A DNA stretch of 59,922 bases, filler included. It is 6 parts of 6 records of this genome, joined end to end, with 100 filler letters (N's around TTAATTAATTAA, not from the genome) between each part and the next. Parts side by side here need not be neighbours in the genome. Positions count along the whole stretch, not along the records: positions 51,140 to 59,922 come from SRR31156797_34009; 5 more parts are not named here. One strand, given 5' to 3'. Within the stretch, counting starts at the first letter, position 1. Every line of letters begins with the position of its first letter. This document shows, one piece after another, positions 51,140 through 59,922 of this stretch. The translations under genes and the position numbers were made by a program. The notes under the pieces were generated by a model. It was not told the DNA's origin and did not search any database. It worked only from the letters and a program-made list of their open reading frames with translations.

Positions 51140-52605
51140 TAGTCGATGGGCGGTTCATCTACCACCATGTAATTATCGTTAACCACGTACATGTAGTAGT
51201 TGGTATGGAGGCGATCCAATTGGGATGCTTCCTCAACTTTTGCCATCTCCCCTATAGCTTCTATGGTCATTTTCATTGCGTCTTTATCGCTGACTTTTTC
51301 CTCTTTCCTGCTTTTCGCCAGCATCTTCTTTTTTTTCACCGCCGCCTGTAGGTTTGTGGTGAAGTCCTTCAGCGTGGAAGTTCCATTTGGGTAAACTGTC
51401 TTAACGAACCGTTTAGTAATGAACTCGATGAAAATGTGCAGGTTCTCTTTACTCTCTACGATAAGCTCACACCGCTCAATCAGCTCTTTTTTCTTGTCAG
51501 TATCCATCTGTTCAATCTGATCGTTAATGAAGTGCGCATTGTTCTGCACTACGATGATCAGGTCAAACATGTCAGACTCATCAAACTCGTACTTGAAGAT
51601 AACTCCGCTCTCCACCAACTTCTTGAATGCAGGTTCAATCTGTTCTTTTTTCTTGGAGACCGCTGTGTGCTCATGCAACTGAAGGTAAGCAACCAACTGT
51701 GAATAGGGGATGTTCAGATATGGTTTCCCGTTGGAGTGGATTCCATAGAGTCGGAGCTTCAGGAACTCATAAAGCCTCTGTGCAGTAGGATGTATCTTCA
51801 AGGAGTTGAAGATCTGCATATCAAGATAGCTGTGTCCCTTCTCCAGCAAATTATGAAAGTGAAGAAAGTTGAAATTGATATGCCAGTCCTGAACCCCTTT
51901 TTCATTGGTGAATTCAATGAAGTTGATCAGCTTAAAATCATCTGTCCGAACCGCCTCCTGACCAAGAAAAAGAGTTGACTCCATCTGAAGAGTCGTTCCA
52001 GCCATCGCCTTCAGAACACTTTTCATTCTTCTAGGATCTGATTTAAACATCTTTCGTGAATAACGGCGAAACTTACTGTATACAATGGTCGCTTCAGGGG
52101 CTTCTGAAACATGCTTCAACGCCTGAATCAGATGGACCTGCTGAATATTCTTCGGAATATCCTCAATCTCCATCTCCTTCCCTTTGTTCTTCTTCCGGAA
52201 ATCTGCACCATTCGCTGTGATGTAGTTTGCATTGAGTATAGCAATATCGGAGTTGATCATCTCCCTAAGAATGGGCTTCACGTTCTTGAAGAAGTAGTGG
52301 AAGAAATACTCAAGCTGTGCGGTCACTGTTCTATCCATCATACCCAGCTTCCGCACACGGAACTCTGCGACAACCTGATAGATTATATTGTTGAAGACGT
52401 ACTTGTGAGCGGATTTGACAACCTGCTCTGCTGGGATCTTCAAATTTTTATTATCCGTGGCAAAAAGCGGCAAACTCATCAAGTTCTTATCTGAGGCAAA
52501 CACCCCCAAGAAAGCTTCGACAACTTTATCTTTGAACTCTTTCACCTTTTTGACAACGGCCATAGAGAGACTCCTGATGTAGTTAATAAACGCATTATCA
52601 CTCAT
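51140..52605 (-). CDS. Plasmid-type replication initiator (RepA/RPA-like winged-helix)
   Basis: NLMSLPLFA, AQRLYEFLK, IPYSQLVAYLQL, QIEPAFKKLVESGVI; adjacent iteron array; last codon TAN at the gap. Confidence 0.75.
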
Positions 52606-52609
52606 GGAG

Positions 52610-53090
52610 TTTCATCTGTCAACACAAATTCTTCATCTGGGCGCACAAAATCTGCATTTCGGCGCACAGTTTACTACAGGTGACAATGGTTCTCCCTATA
52701 TACTAGGTATTACCTATGTATTACAAATCTGTGCTCGCTGAAGAAAAATGCATTATTTTCTTTCAGTGTATGGATTTAGCCATATTCAGAAAAACAGAGG
52801 CTTGAGTAAAACCCCAGTAGAACCTTCTTTAAGACGCACAGTTTTCTCTTTGCCTTTCTTCAGGGAGCACAGTTTCCAGAGATGATCTTCTTCAGAGCGC
52901 ACACATTTGTATGACACTCCTACGGATCTGCTCAAAACAGGCTTAAAAGTGCTTACTGGAGAAGATAAAGTGCGCTCTGGAGAAAAAATTGAGCTCTTTA
53001 CCGAAGAATTTGTGTTGGAATTCAGATTAAGTGTGCGCTCTAGAGAATATCACTGTGCGCTTTGCAGAAGCCACTGTGCTCTCTGAAGAA
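52610..53090. repeat. Iteron arrays (17-mer, consensus TTCTTCAGAGCGCACAG) in both orientations
   Basis: Forward copies 52825, 52856, 52888; related 21-nt-spaced copies 52610, 52631, 52652; reverse copies 52729, 52947, 52968, (52989, 53010 weak), 53031, 53053, 53074. Confidence 0.85.
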
Positions 53091-53262
53091 AGGTGATAAA
53101 CTTAACTCGTTACAACAAAAGAATTAAAGCACGCATACATGTCTGTAAATTTACTATAATCCATAACACCATAGGTTATAAAGATTGGTATGAATTTGTA
53201 AATTCTGTATTATGCATAAGAACTCCTGAAATGTGGATAACCTGTTAACAACATGTGTATGA
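53091..53262. promoter_or_regulatory. AT-rich unwinding region and DnaA boxes of the replication origin
   Basis: Perfect TGTGGATAA at 53232-53240; one-mismatch TGTGTATGA at 53254-53262. Confidence 0.7.
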
Positions 53263-53265
53263 ATG

Positions 53266-54981
53266 TCAAACAGTAATACGTCCACTTCCTTCTACCCTTC
53301 TCACCTCTCTCCCTACTATAGCAGGACAATTCTTTACTGTCACTGTATTTCCTTGCTGTGTACGGACAAGGTAGATACCTTTCTTGTCTCCATTCATAAC
53401 AGCAATGTAGCTGAAATCAGGAAATGATATCTCTGCGGAAAGGGTCAGTAAATCCCCGGATTGACTGAGAACTATACCTGATACATCTGATATTACTTTT
53501 GATTGATCAGAATAGGAATTGAAAGAATCTATCCTACTCTTTCCTCCTGAAGGTCCCTCAGAGGTATCACAAGCTCTCAGGCGGTATACATAGCTCTTTC
53601 CTATCTCTGCATCTGAATCGGTAAAAATAGGCTCCACCATTCCATTCTCTGAGTTCACTCCTGTGATCCACTCAATCAAATCATCTTCTGACCAATTATC
53701 ATTGGAGAGAGGCAGAGAAGAAGGGTCTGATACTTCTTTCCGGTAGACCTTGTACTTGTTCACATGTGGAGATCCCATGGCAAGAGGTTGAACTGTGATC
53801 TTAGTCAGTTCCCCCAAAATATTAAATTCAGGATATTTGACAACAGCAATCATCGACGGAGTCGGAATATACTTTAATTTATCACCGAAAAGGGTCAGGA
53901 GCGAGAAGTTTGCTAGGTCAAGAGAATTATTGGCCTGCTGTAGCGCAAGGCCGAGGCCGTCAAGAGCCACATAAGCCCCAAGTGGTTTTCCCACCAATTC
54001 AGAAATCCAATAGTACCTCCATGCCCGAAGACCTGAAAAGGGATAAGAAGAATTGCCCATCATACCAGAAATTGAGCTTGTCATCGCGGCTAACTGCGAC
54101 CGAGAGGAGTTGAAGACCGAAGCCAGAGCTCCCAGCCGTGAATCGAAATTGGATGTGTCATATCCGGGTTCATCCGATATATCTTCAGAATCAGGGAAGC
54201 TTGAAAAATAGTTCAGCTCTCCCTGTGCTGTACTTATCCCTTGATTACACTGGGTGATATATCCCTGAAGAGTCGGGATCTGGTTAACAGGGAGTTGTTC
54301 TTCAAGTCCCTGAATCCTCTGGAATACTTTCCCTTCCCCGGCGTCCACAGACTCCAGTAGAGAGATCGTAGCCTCTATATGGGTACGGAGGGCGGTAAAC
54401 TTACTGATAATCATCTGAAGGGGCGTCAGGAGGGCGCTACGCTCTGGATTCTGGTAATAGTCGGGGTGAATTAACTGCGGGAGGGCAGGAGGCAATGGAG
54501 AGGTCTGTTCCGCTCTTTTCGCCAGAATAGCCGCTCCTGCGTCTCTGGCGGCATTCATTGGGACACAGATACCCCCGGCAGTATTATTGTTCGGTGTGTT
54601 CGTGGTGAGCCATACAGAGCCTTTGTTCATCTCCATAGCAGGTACACCTGACTGAGGGTCCGGTGGGTATATCCCATCCGAGCCATCCCCAGTACGAGAC
54701 ACACATTGTGTGAACTCGCTCTTCCACGCGGCATCTGCCCCTATTGAGGCCATGCTCGGCTTGGCAGTATCGAAGGAAGTTGCGAGATAGGCTATCCGAT
54801 AGAAGTATTGAAAGATTGTGATAATTCCGGGGTCATCGGCTCCAGTGCCGAAGAGAAACTCATTCCCAAGGTCGCGGTATTCTCCAGCTTCTACCTTTGC
54901 CTTCCGGACTCCGTCGATGGAGTTCAGGGCATTGGCCCGGTCATCTCTGGCTTTGCCTATCTTATCTTCAATTGTTTTCAT
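53266..54981 (-). CDS. Hypothetical protein: helical N-terminal region + FN3-like beta domain (possible virion protein)
   Basis: 571-aa ORF with AAGGA RBS; YKVYRK...FTDSDAEIGKSYVYRLRACD FN3-like pattern. Confidence 0.6.
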   Translation of the reverse strand: MKTIEDKIGKARDDRANALNSIDGVRKAKVEAGEYRDLGNEFLFGTGADDPGIITIFQYFYRIAYLATSFDTAKPSMASIGADAAWKSEFTQCVSRTGDGSDGIYPPDPQSGVPAMEMNKGSVWLTTNTPNNNTAGGICVPMNAARDAGAAILAKRAEQTSPLPPALPQLIHPDYYQNPERSALLTPLQMIISKFTALRTHIEATISLLESVDAGEGKVFQRIQGLEEQLPVNQIPTLQGYITQCNQGISTAQGELNYFSSFPDSEDISDEPGYDTSNFDSRLGALASVFNSSRSQLAAMTSSISGMMGNSSYPFSGLRAWRYYWISELVGKPLGAYVALDGLGLALQQANNSLDLANFSLLTLFGDKLKYIPTPSMIAVVKYPEFNILGELTKITVQPLAMGSPHVNKYKVYRKEVSDPSSLPLSNDNWSEDDLIEWITGVNSENGMVEPIFTDSDAEIGKSYVYRLRACDTSEGPSGGKSRIDSFNSYSDQSKVISDVSGIVLSQSGDLLTLSAEISFPDFSYIAVMNGDKKGIYLVRTQQGNTVTVKNCPAIVGREVRRVEGSGRITV

Positions 54982-54993
54982 TTAGAGATCCTT

Positions 54994-55227
54994 TCAACCG
55001 TCATACCGAACATCAGTTATGAAGGGGGATACCTTAAGGGTGGAATAAGGGGGAATCATCTCAACCGGAGAGCCGGGTAAGAATGAGAGAGTCCAGTCAT
55101 CAATATTCACACTTTCTGGTATGAGGTCTTCGCTTCTATCTGTCTGCGTGTCATAGAGCCCGAGCGGAATTTCAAACTGCCGCCGGGGGCCTCCAAAGCT
55201 TTGTACTGCCATCAGGTTCATAGTCAT
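54994..55227 (-). CDS. Small hypothetical protein
   Basis: Co-oriented, 12 nt from the next gene; start uncertain. Confidence 0.55.
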   Translation of the reverse strand: MTMNLMAVQSFGGPRRQFEIPLGLYDTQTDRSEDLIPESVNIDDWTLSFLPGSPVEMIPPYSTLKVSPFITDVRYDG

Positions 55228-55242
55228 TTTTCAGGACTCAAC

Positions 55243-55275
55243 AAAAAACCCCTCACCAGCAGGTCCAGCGAGGGG
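55243..55275 (-). terminator. Intrinsic terminator after the helicase gene
   Basis: CCCCTCGCTGG/CTGGTGAGGGG stem + T6 on the minus strand. Confidence 0.7.
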
Positions 55276-55331
55276 CGAAGGAGTATAACAGATAGGATAA
55301 AGGCATCCTGCCCACCTATATGTTTTTATAG

Positions 55332-57434
55332 TTATAGATTCTCCTGCCGGGCGTACCAGTCTGCGACATGCACGGCTTCCGTCATTGGGTTGAAGTACAG
55401 TGACTTCTTGGGTATCCACAGGGCCCTACCCCGGATCTCAAGCTGAACAGCTTTCTCTGTTGCATTGAGGAGGCGGGAGGGGAAGATCTGCCGCCCACCT
55501 GTTGTCTTCGATGCAAATGCGGAAATTCTCCGAGCAACGGACTTTCCGGACTCAGTGACTTCAAGTTTCCCTTCTTCATGAGCCGCGATGACTTCATCAG
55601 GAGAAAGGTACTCGTGGCCGGGAACGATTGAAGAAGCTGGGTTCTGACCGTTGTAGAGAAAGACCAGCTTGTTCTTCGCCCGGGTGATTCCAACGTACAG
55701 ACAGAACTTCTCCCAGAGAATCTCCTGCTCTGAATTAGTAAAGCTGTAGAACTTCTTAGTATCCAGAACGGTATACGGCAGAGTCATACCCTTGGACTTA
55801 TGGATTGTCAGGAGAGTAACCGCTTCCTTGTTGGGGTCCTGATCCACATCAAAATTGGTTTTCAGGAATTCCGGGAAGCTCAAGATGTCTCCGGAGAAGC
55901 CCTCAGCCATCTGAGTCAGCATACGGATGAAATCCCAGCGCTCTTCGGTTATGGACTGACCTTCTGCATTCATCCGTGTAGTCTTCATAAACTCGGTATC
56001 ATCGAGGTGCAGGGTTTGTGCAAAAACTCCGAAGTCCCGGACATTCTCAGCTATCAGACGTTTGACTTCGAGGAGTTGAGTGATGAGGCCGTAGAACTCA
56101 CCTTTTCGTTTCTGGCCGATGCCTTGTATATGGGTGTCACTAAGATATTGGAACATGGCCTCAAGCGATCCATCGAACTCCCGGAAGACCAGATTCACGA
56201 TCTTGGTATTGATTCCGACAGGGAGGGGCTTCACGAACTCAACCCAGTCTTCTCTGGAGTTCGCACGAATCAGTGCAAGTGCGGAAATGATGAAGCGAAT
56301 CTCCTTCCGGTTCATCAGACTTTCTCCCCGGTTGGTAGCCGGGATGTTGTGGCTGGTCAGGGTGGAGAAGTACTCCATGAGCTCACGGTTGGTCCGGGCA
56401 AGGATATACATGTCCTTGTAGGGAACACCCGCCCGGTACCACTGCTGGATATGTGCCAGTGCGGTATTCAAATGGTTACCGGTGCTGACCTCTGTGAAGG
56501 TTATCGGCTCTGAGAGCTGTTCAGTCTCTGTGATAATTTTGTACTCATCCGGAATGGTCATCTCTGCTACCACATCGTTGGCAGAGTTGCTGATGGTGGG
56601 ACCGAACCGGAAGGTCTTATTCAACTGATATATTTCACAGTTTCTGAACTCAGCAAAAGCGATGAGGTTATCAGGGTCACACCCCGTGAAGCCGTATAGG
56701 TTCTGCTGAATGTCCCCTACCCCCATGAAGTGATGGTGTTCGTTCAGCAGGAGCCGCAGGATGTTGAAAACATACTTGGAAGTATCCTGTGCCTCATCGA
56801 GGATGATGTACTTGAAGTGCGCACCGTAGTGCATGGCAATCCGGGGATATTTCCTGAAGAGGTCCTCAGTCATTTTCAGCAGGTCATCGAAGGTGTACAG
56901 ACTCTTCCGGTCCATATACTCAAGAACATCCTTCAGAACTGTCTTGTAGTCATTGTTCACAAGATCTGAGAAGTTCTTGTCATGCCGGGCGTCGGAGTAC
57001 GCTTCCATGATGATCTGAAGGTCAGCCTTCTTGAACTCTCCAGAGATTTTATCCCGGTCATAGAAAATTTTGCTGGTGTACTTCAACAGGCCCTCGACTT
57101 CTTGAGTACTCATGATCTTCAGTTTTGAATTATCGATACGAAACACGTGTGCCTGCTCCCGGATAATACGGTAAGCGTAGGCATGAAAGGTGGATACGGT
57201 GAGCCGATCAAAGGTCTCTTTCCCGAGGGCTTCCACCAGCTTATCTCTGATTTCCTGAGTAGCTGTTCTACTGAAACTGAATAAGGTAATCTGCTCCGGG
57301 GCTACTCCCTTCTCTTTGATGAGGTAGGTGATTCTGTGGATAAGGGTGAAAGACTTTCCTGATCCTGCACTAGCTAAGCAAAGTACATTCGGATCCTCTG
57401 TTGTCTTCATCCTATCCTGCTGTTCTGTCAACAT
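55332..57434 (-). CDS. UvrD/PcrA/Rep superfamily-1 DNA helicase
   Basis: ASAGSGKS, DEAQD, VGDIQQNLYGF, TFRFG, LARTN, TIHKSKG, LYVGITRAK; GAGGAG RBS. Confidence 0.93.
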   Translation of the reverse strand: MLTEQQDRMKTTEDPNVLCLASAGSGKSFTLIHRITYLIKEKGVAPEQITLFSFSRTATQEIRDKLVEALGKETFDRLTVSTFHAYAYRIIREQAHVFRIDNSKLKIMSTQEVEGLLKYTSKIFYDRDKISGEFKKADLQIIMEAYSDARHDKNFSDLVNNDYKTVLKDVLEYMDRKSLYTFDDLLKMTEDLFRKYPRIAMHYGAHFKYIILDEAQDTSKYVFNILRLLLNEHHHFMGVGDIQQNLYGFTGCDPDNLIAFAEFRNCEIYQLNKTFRFGPTISNSANDVVAEMTIPDEYKIITETEQLSEPITFTEVSTGNHLNTALAHIQQWYRAGVPYKDMYILARTNRELMEYFSTLTSHNIPATNRGESLMNRKEIRFIISALALIRANSREDWVEFVKPLPVGINTKIVNLVFREFDGSLEAMFQYLSDTHIQGIGQKRKGEFYGLITQLLEVKRLIAENVRDFGVFAQTLHLDDTEFMKTTRMNAEGQSITEERWDFIRMLTQMAEGFSGDILSFPEFLKTNFDVDQDPNKEAVTLLTIHKSKGMTLPYTVLDTKKFYSFTNSEQEILWEKFCLYVGITRAKNKLVFLYNGQNPASSIVPGHEYLSPDEVIAAHEEGKLEVTESGKSVARRISAFASKTTGGRQIFPSRLLNATEKAVQLEIRGRALWIPKKSLYFNPMTEAVHVADWYARQENL

Positions 57435-57509
57435 AAAATACTCCTCTTAGTTATAACAACTGGATAGTTATAAAAGCTTTATAGATAAAGAATTTATATA
57501 GAATTTAAA

Positions 57510-57858
57510 CTCTCACTTTGAGGCTCACTGCACAGAGCTTCCATACTTTCCAGCACCTTTTTTCCAAAGGAGAGGGAAGCATTTTACGCTCTTTGCAGTC
57601 AGTCCCAAACGAGAGATGCTCACTCGTCAGCATCGACAGCACACATGAGTATGAACAAGGAAGAACTCATGATTGCCCAAGTATATTGACGCTTCCTGCC
57701 CGTCGATGCTCTGCGCATCTAGGCATTCGTTCCACGTCCCGGATTCACCCCCTCAGGTTGCTCAGGGTGCAGGCTTTTCCGGTAATCCGATTTCCTGTAT
57801 ACGTTCAGCGCCACCGCCACTTCAATCCACACGCCGAACGGCAGAGTATCTACTCTGC
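57510..57858 (-). ncRNA. Candidate ~350-nt multi-domain structured non-coding element
   Basis: Five consecutive stem domains in a GC-richer island between AT-rich flanks; some mismatches become G-U pairs on the minus strand. Confidence 0.5.
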
Positions 57859-58023
57859 ATTATTGATAGTCATTTTTTAGACAGACCCTGATAACGGGCT
57901 TGTAACAGGTAAGTACTCAGTACTGGCATTTTTTAGAGAAAAAAGTTTCAAAAAGTTTCTGATGAAAGAAATTTCTCCAAAAATTCTCTCAAATGCGTAC
58001 TCCATAGCTTAAGGAGTGAATGA

Positions 58024-59922
58024 ATGCTACGAATAGACAGAGTGGTTCTACGGAACTTCGGGTCCATCCTCTATGAAGACGTCAGCTTAGATGCCCCGAT
58101 TACGGCGTTTGCCGGGACTGGAGATAATGGTGATGGGAAGTCAACCGTTTTCAAAGGGGTGGAGCTGAACCTCTTCGATACTTTCAAGGGAACGATAAAA
58201 GACTATATCCGGTGGGGTGAGAAATCATTTGACAATGAGGTCTACTTCACATGGAACGGCCTCAAAGGACTGTCAAAGGTGCATGGCACCAAATCCAAGA
58301 ATGATCGATATCTGGAGCTTGGGGATGAGGTTATCACAGAATCCTCGGAAGTCCTCAAGAAACTGAAGTCCCTGTGGGACCCCAAAATGTTTGAGGCTTC
58401 CTCGATTATGCGAGAGGGACAGGCAGACGTAGTTACAACCAGTCCTGCTCAGCGGCGGGACCTTTTGAAAGGAGTCTACGATCTTAACTTTGATGAGGAG
58501 GTTGTAGAGCTTGAACATGAACTGGAGGAGCATAAGGAGCGTTTGAGCAACGTCGAGACTCAAATATCAGCGCTGGAGCTGAAGGAGTACCCTACCCCTT
58601 CAATACCAGTTTGTCCCCAAGAGCTCGTGGGAAAGACGGTCGAGGAAATGGAGCAACAGAAGATCGGCCATCAGCATGTTCTGGATAACTACGATCTGGC
58701 AATGTCGTCATACAGTCAGGCTCTCTCAAACCTGCACAGCTTAGACCAGATGCAAAAGAATGCGGAAAGCAATCTGAGCCGTACCAATGTAGATATTAAG
58801 AACCTGCATGCCCGGCGTCAGACAACCCTAGAAGATCAGTCGAGAGTAGTAGATGTGGAGGTTGAACTTGAGCCTCTCAAGGAGCAGGTAGAACAGAAGC
58901 AGGCTCTTGTACAGGGAATGATTCTCCCCAGAGTGGCCCCTCAAATGCTTCAGCCTTGTGACCGGTCAGAACAGACCCGGGTTTTGCAGGTAACCACGTA
59001 TCTCGAAGGGAAGCTCAGTCAAATGGAGGAAGCTCTCGCTTCAGCCCAAAAAGGGATTTGTCCTACTTGCGGGCAGACCCTTCCAGAAGTTGATACGGCA
59101 GGGTTGAAAAAAGAGTATCAGGACACAGCTCAAAATCTTTCAGAGGCGGAAAACGCGTTACGTGAAGTAAGTAAGGAGATTGCAGATTATGATGAGGAAG
59201 TTCAGAAAAGGCAAGCCGAGATTCAAGCCTACAACGATCAGGTCAATGCATACAATCGAGCCAACAATGAGCTTGAGATTGCCCGAAACAACCTCTCCTT
59301 CCAGAGGGATGCTCTTACTGCTCAGCAGAGTCAAAGACGGGAGCACCTCCAGAATACACTGGACCAGATCGATAGTGACCTCACTTTACGCCATAAAGAG
59401 GTCGAATCCCTTCAGCAGGAGGTAAAGAACGCCCAACAGGCATTCACAACAGCTCAGTCTTCCCTCCCCCCTAAACCGGAAGTGGATGAAACCGCACAGC
59501 AAAATGCACTTCAAATGGTGCAAATACTGAATGACCAGATCAGCTCCCTGCAAAGATATCACTCTCAGGTAGAGTCAGTAAGGCAGATCCAAGATCAGAA
59601 TGAACAGCTTAAGCAAAAGGATGCAGAACTGCTGGACTCGCATAAGCGCACAAGGGACGATGTGCAAGCTCAGGTGAATGGCTATGAAGAGGCGATTAAG
59701 ACTCTGAAGACTCACCTCCCCCAGTACATCCTACACCGGCTGACGAAACAGCTTGAGGATATCGCCAGTGACATGCTGGATGCCACCTACGGACACCAAC
59801 GGATCAAGTTCAAACCTACCAAAGCCTCACTGAAGCTTGTTTATGGGGAGCAGGATCAGGATGTCCAGCTAGCGTCCGGATTTGAAAAGGCCATTTTCTC
59901 TCTCGCTTTTAAGGTGGCCCTG
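58024..59922 (+). CDS. SbcC/Rad50 (T4 gp46-like) ATPase, runs off the window end; absent from the ORF track
   Basis: MLRIDRVVLRNFGS, Walker A GDNGDGKST, coiled coil, zinc hook CPTCG at 59059, signature ASGFEK at 59872, all in frame; AAGGAG RBS. Confidence 0.92.
   Translation, partial: MLRIDRVVLRNFGSILYEDVSLDAPITAFAGTGDNGDGKSTVFKGVELNLFDTFKGTIKDYIRWGEKSFDNEVYFTWNGLKGLSKVHGTKSKNDRYLELGDEVITESSEVLKKLKSLWDPKMFEASSIMREGQADVVTTSPAQRRDLLKGVYDLNFDEEVVELEHELEEHKERLSNVETQISALELKEYPTPSIPVCPQELVGKTVEEMEQQKIGHQHVLDNYDLAMSSYSQALSNLHSLDQMQKNAESNLSRTNVDIKNLHARRQTTLEDQSRVVDVEVELEPLKEQVEQKQALVQGMILPRVAPQMLQPCDRSEQTRVLQVTTYLEGKLSQMEEALASAQKGICPTCGQTLPEVDTAGLKKEYQDTAQNLSEAENALREVSKEIADYDEEVQKRQAEIQAYNDQVNAYNRANNELEIARNNLSFQRDALTAQQSQRREHLQNTLDQIDSDLTLRHKEVESLQQEVKNAQQAFTTAQSSLPPKPEVDETAQQNALQMVQILNDQISSLQRYHSQVESVRQIQDQNEQLKQKDAELLDSHKRTRDDVQAQVNGYEEAIKTLKTHLPQYILHRLTKQLEDIASDMLDATYGHQRIKFKPTKASLKLVYGEQDQDVQLASGFEKAIFSLAFKVAL

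Noticed and set aside
52610-53090. Repeat array considered as a CRISPR
   Set aside because: Units are 17 nt, degenerate, in both orientations with 4-15-nt gaps and no cas genes; fits iterons.
57510-57858. Retron msr-msd or group II intron interpretation
   Set aside because: No reverse transcriptase on the contig and no domain V or retron-type flanking repeats recognised.
57518-57891. 120-aa and 72-aa ORFs in the uvrD-sbcC intergenic region
   Set aside because: TTG starts without RBS and no motifs; better explained by the structured element.

Overview
The window is not one locus. It is six unrelated contigs joined by 100-nt N spacers that carry the all-frame-stop linker TTAATTAATTAA. (1) 1-9283: FCB-group-like chromosome with porX-like regulator, tsaE, tsaB, rimI, surE, a large exported binding protein, mutT, plsY and a DAK2-DegV fusion. 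(2) 9384-15069: S8-like peptidase end, hrpA and a TPP riboswitch. (3) 15170-21130: tRNA 3' end and two hybrid histidine kinases flanking an orphan ehuB. (4) 21231-44310: Desulfovibrionaceae-like DNA with a selenocysteine formate dehydrogenase, then a tRNA-Ala att scar and a probable island. The island holds a siaD-A-B-C operon continuing into a MoxR-like AAA/VWA module, plus a glycosyltransferase/radical-SAM/FabK-type PKS cluster. (5) 44411-51039: lactonase, diguanylate cyclase, AraC and DUF1214/DUF1254 genes. (6) 51140-59922: a probable phage-plasmid replicon with a Rep initiator, a phased iteron origin, UvrD, a ~350-nt highly structured non-coding element and an SbcC/Rad50 ATPase missed by the ORF track. 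The best novelty candidates are the structured RNA and replicon in contig 6, the Sia-AAA/VWA operon and PKS cluster in contig 4, and the sequon-dense insertion in contig 1. All family and taxon calls come from reading motifs by eye; no searches were run.
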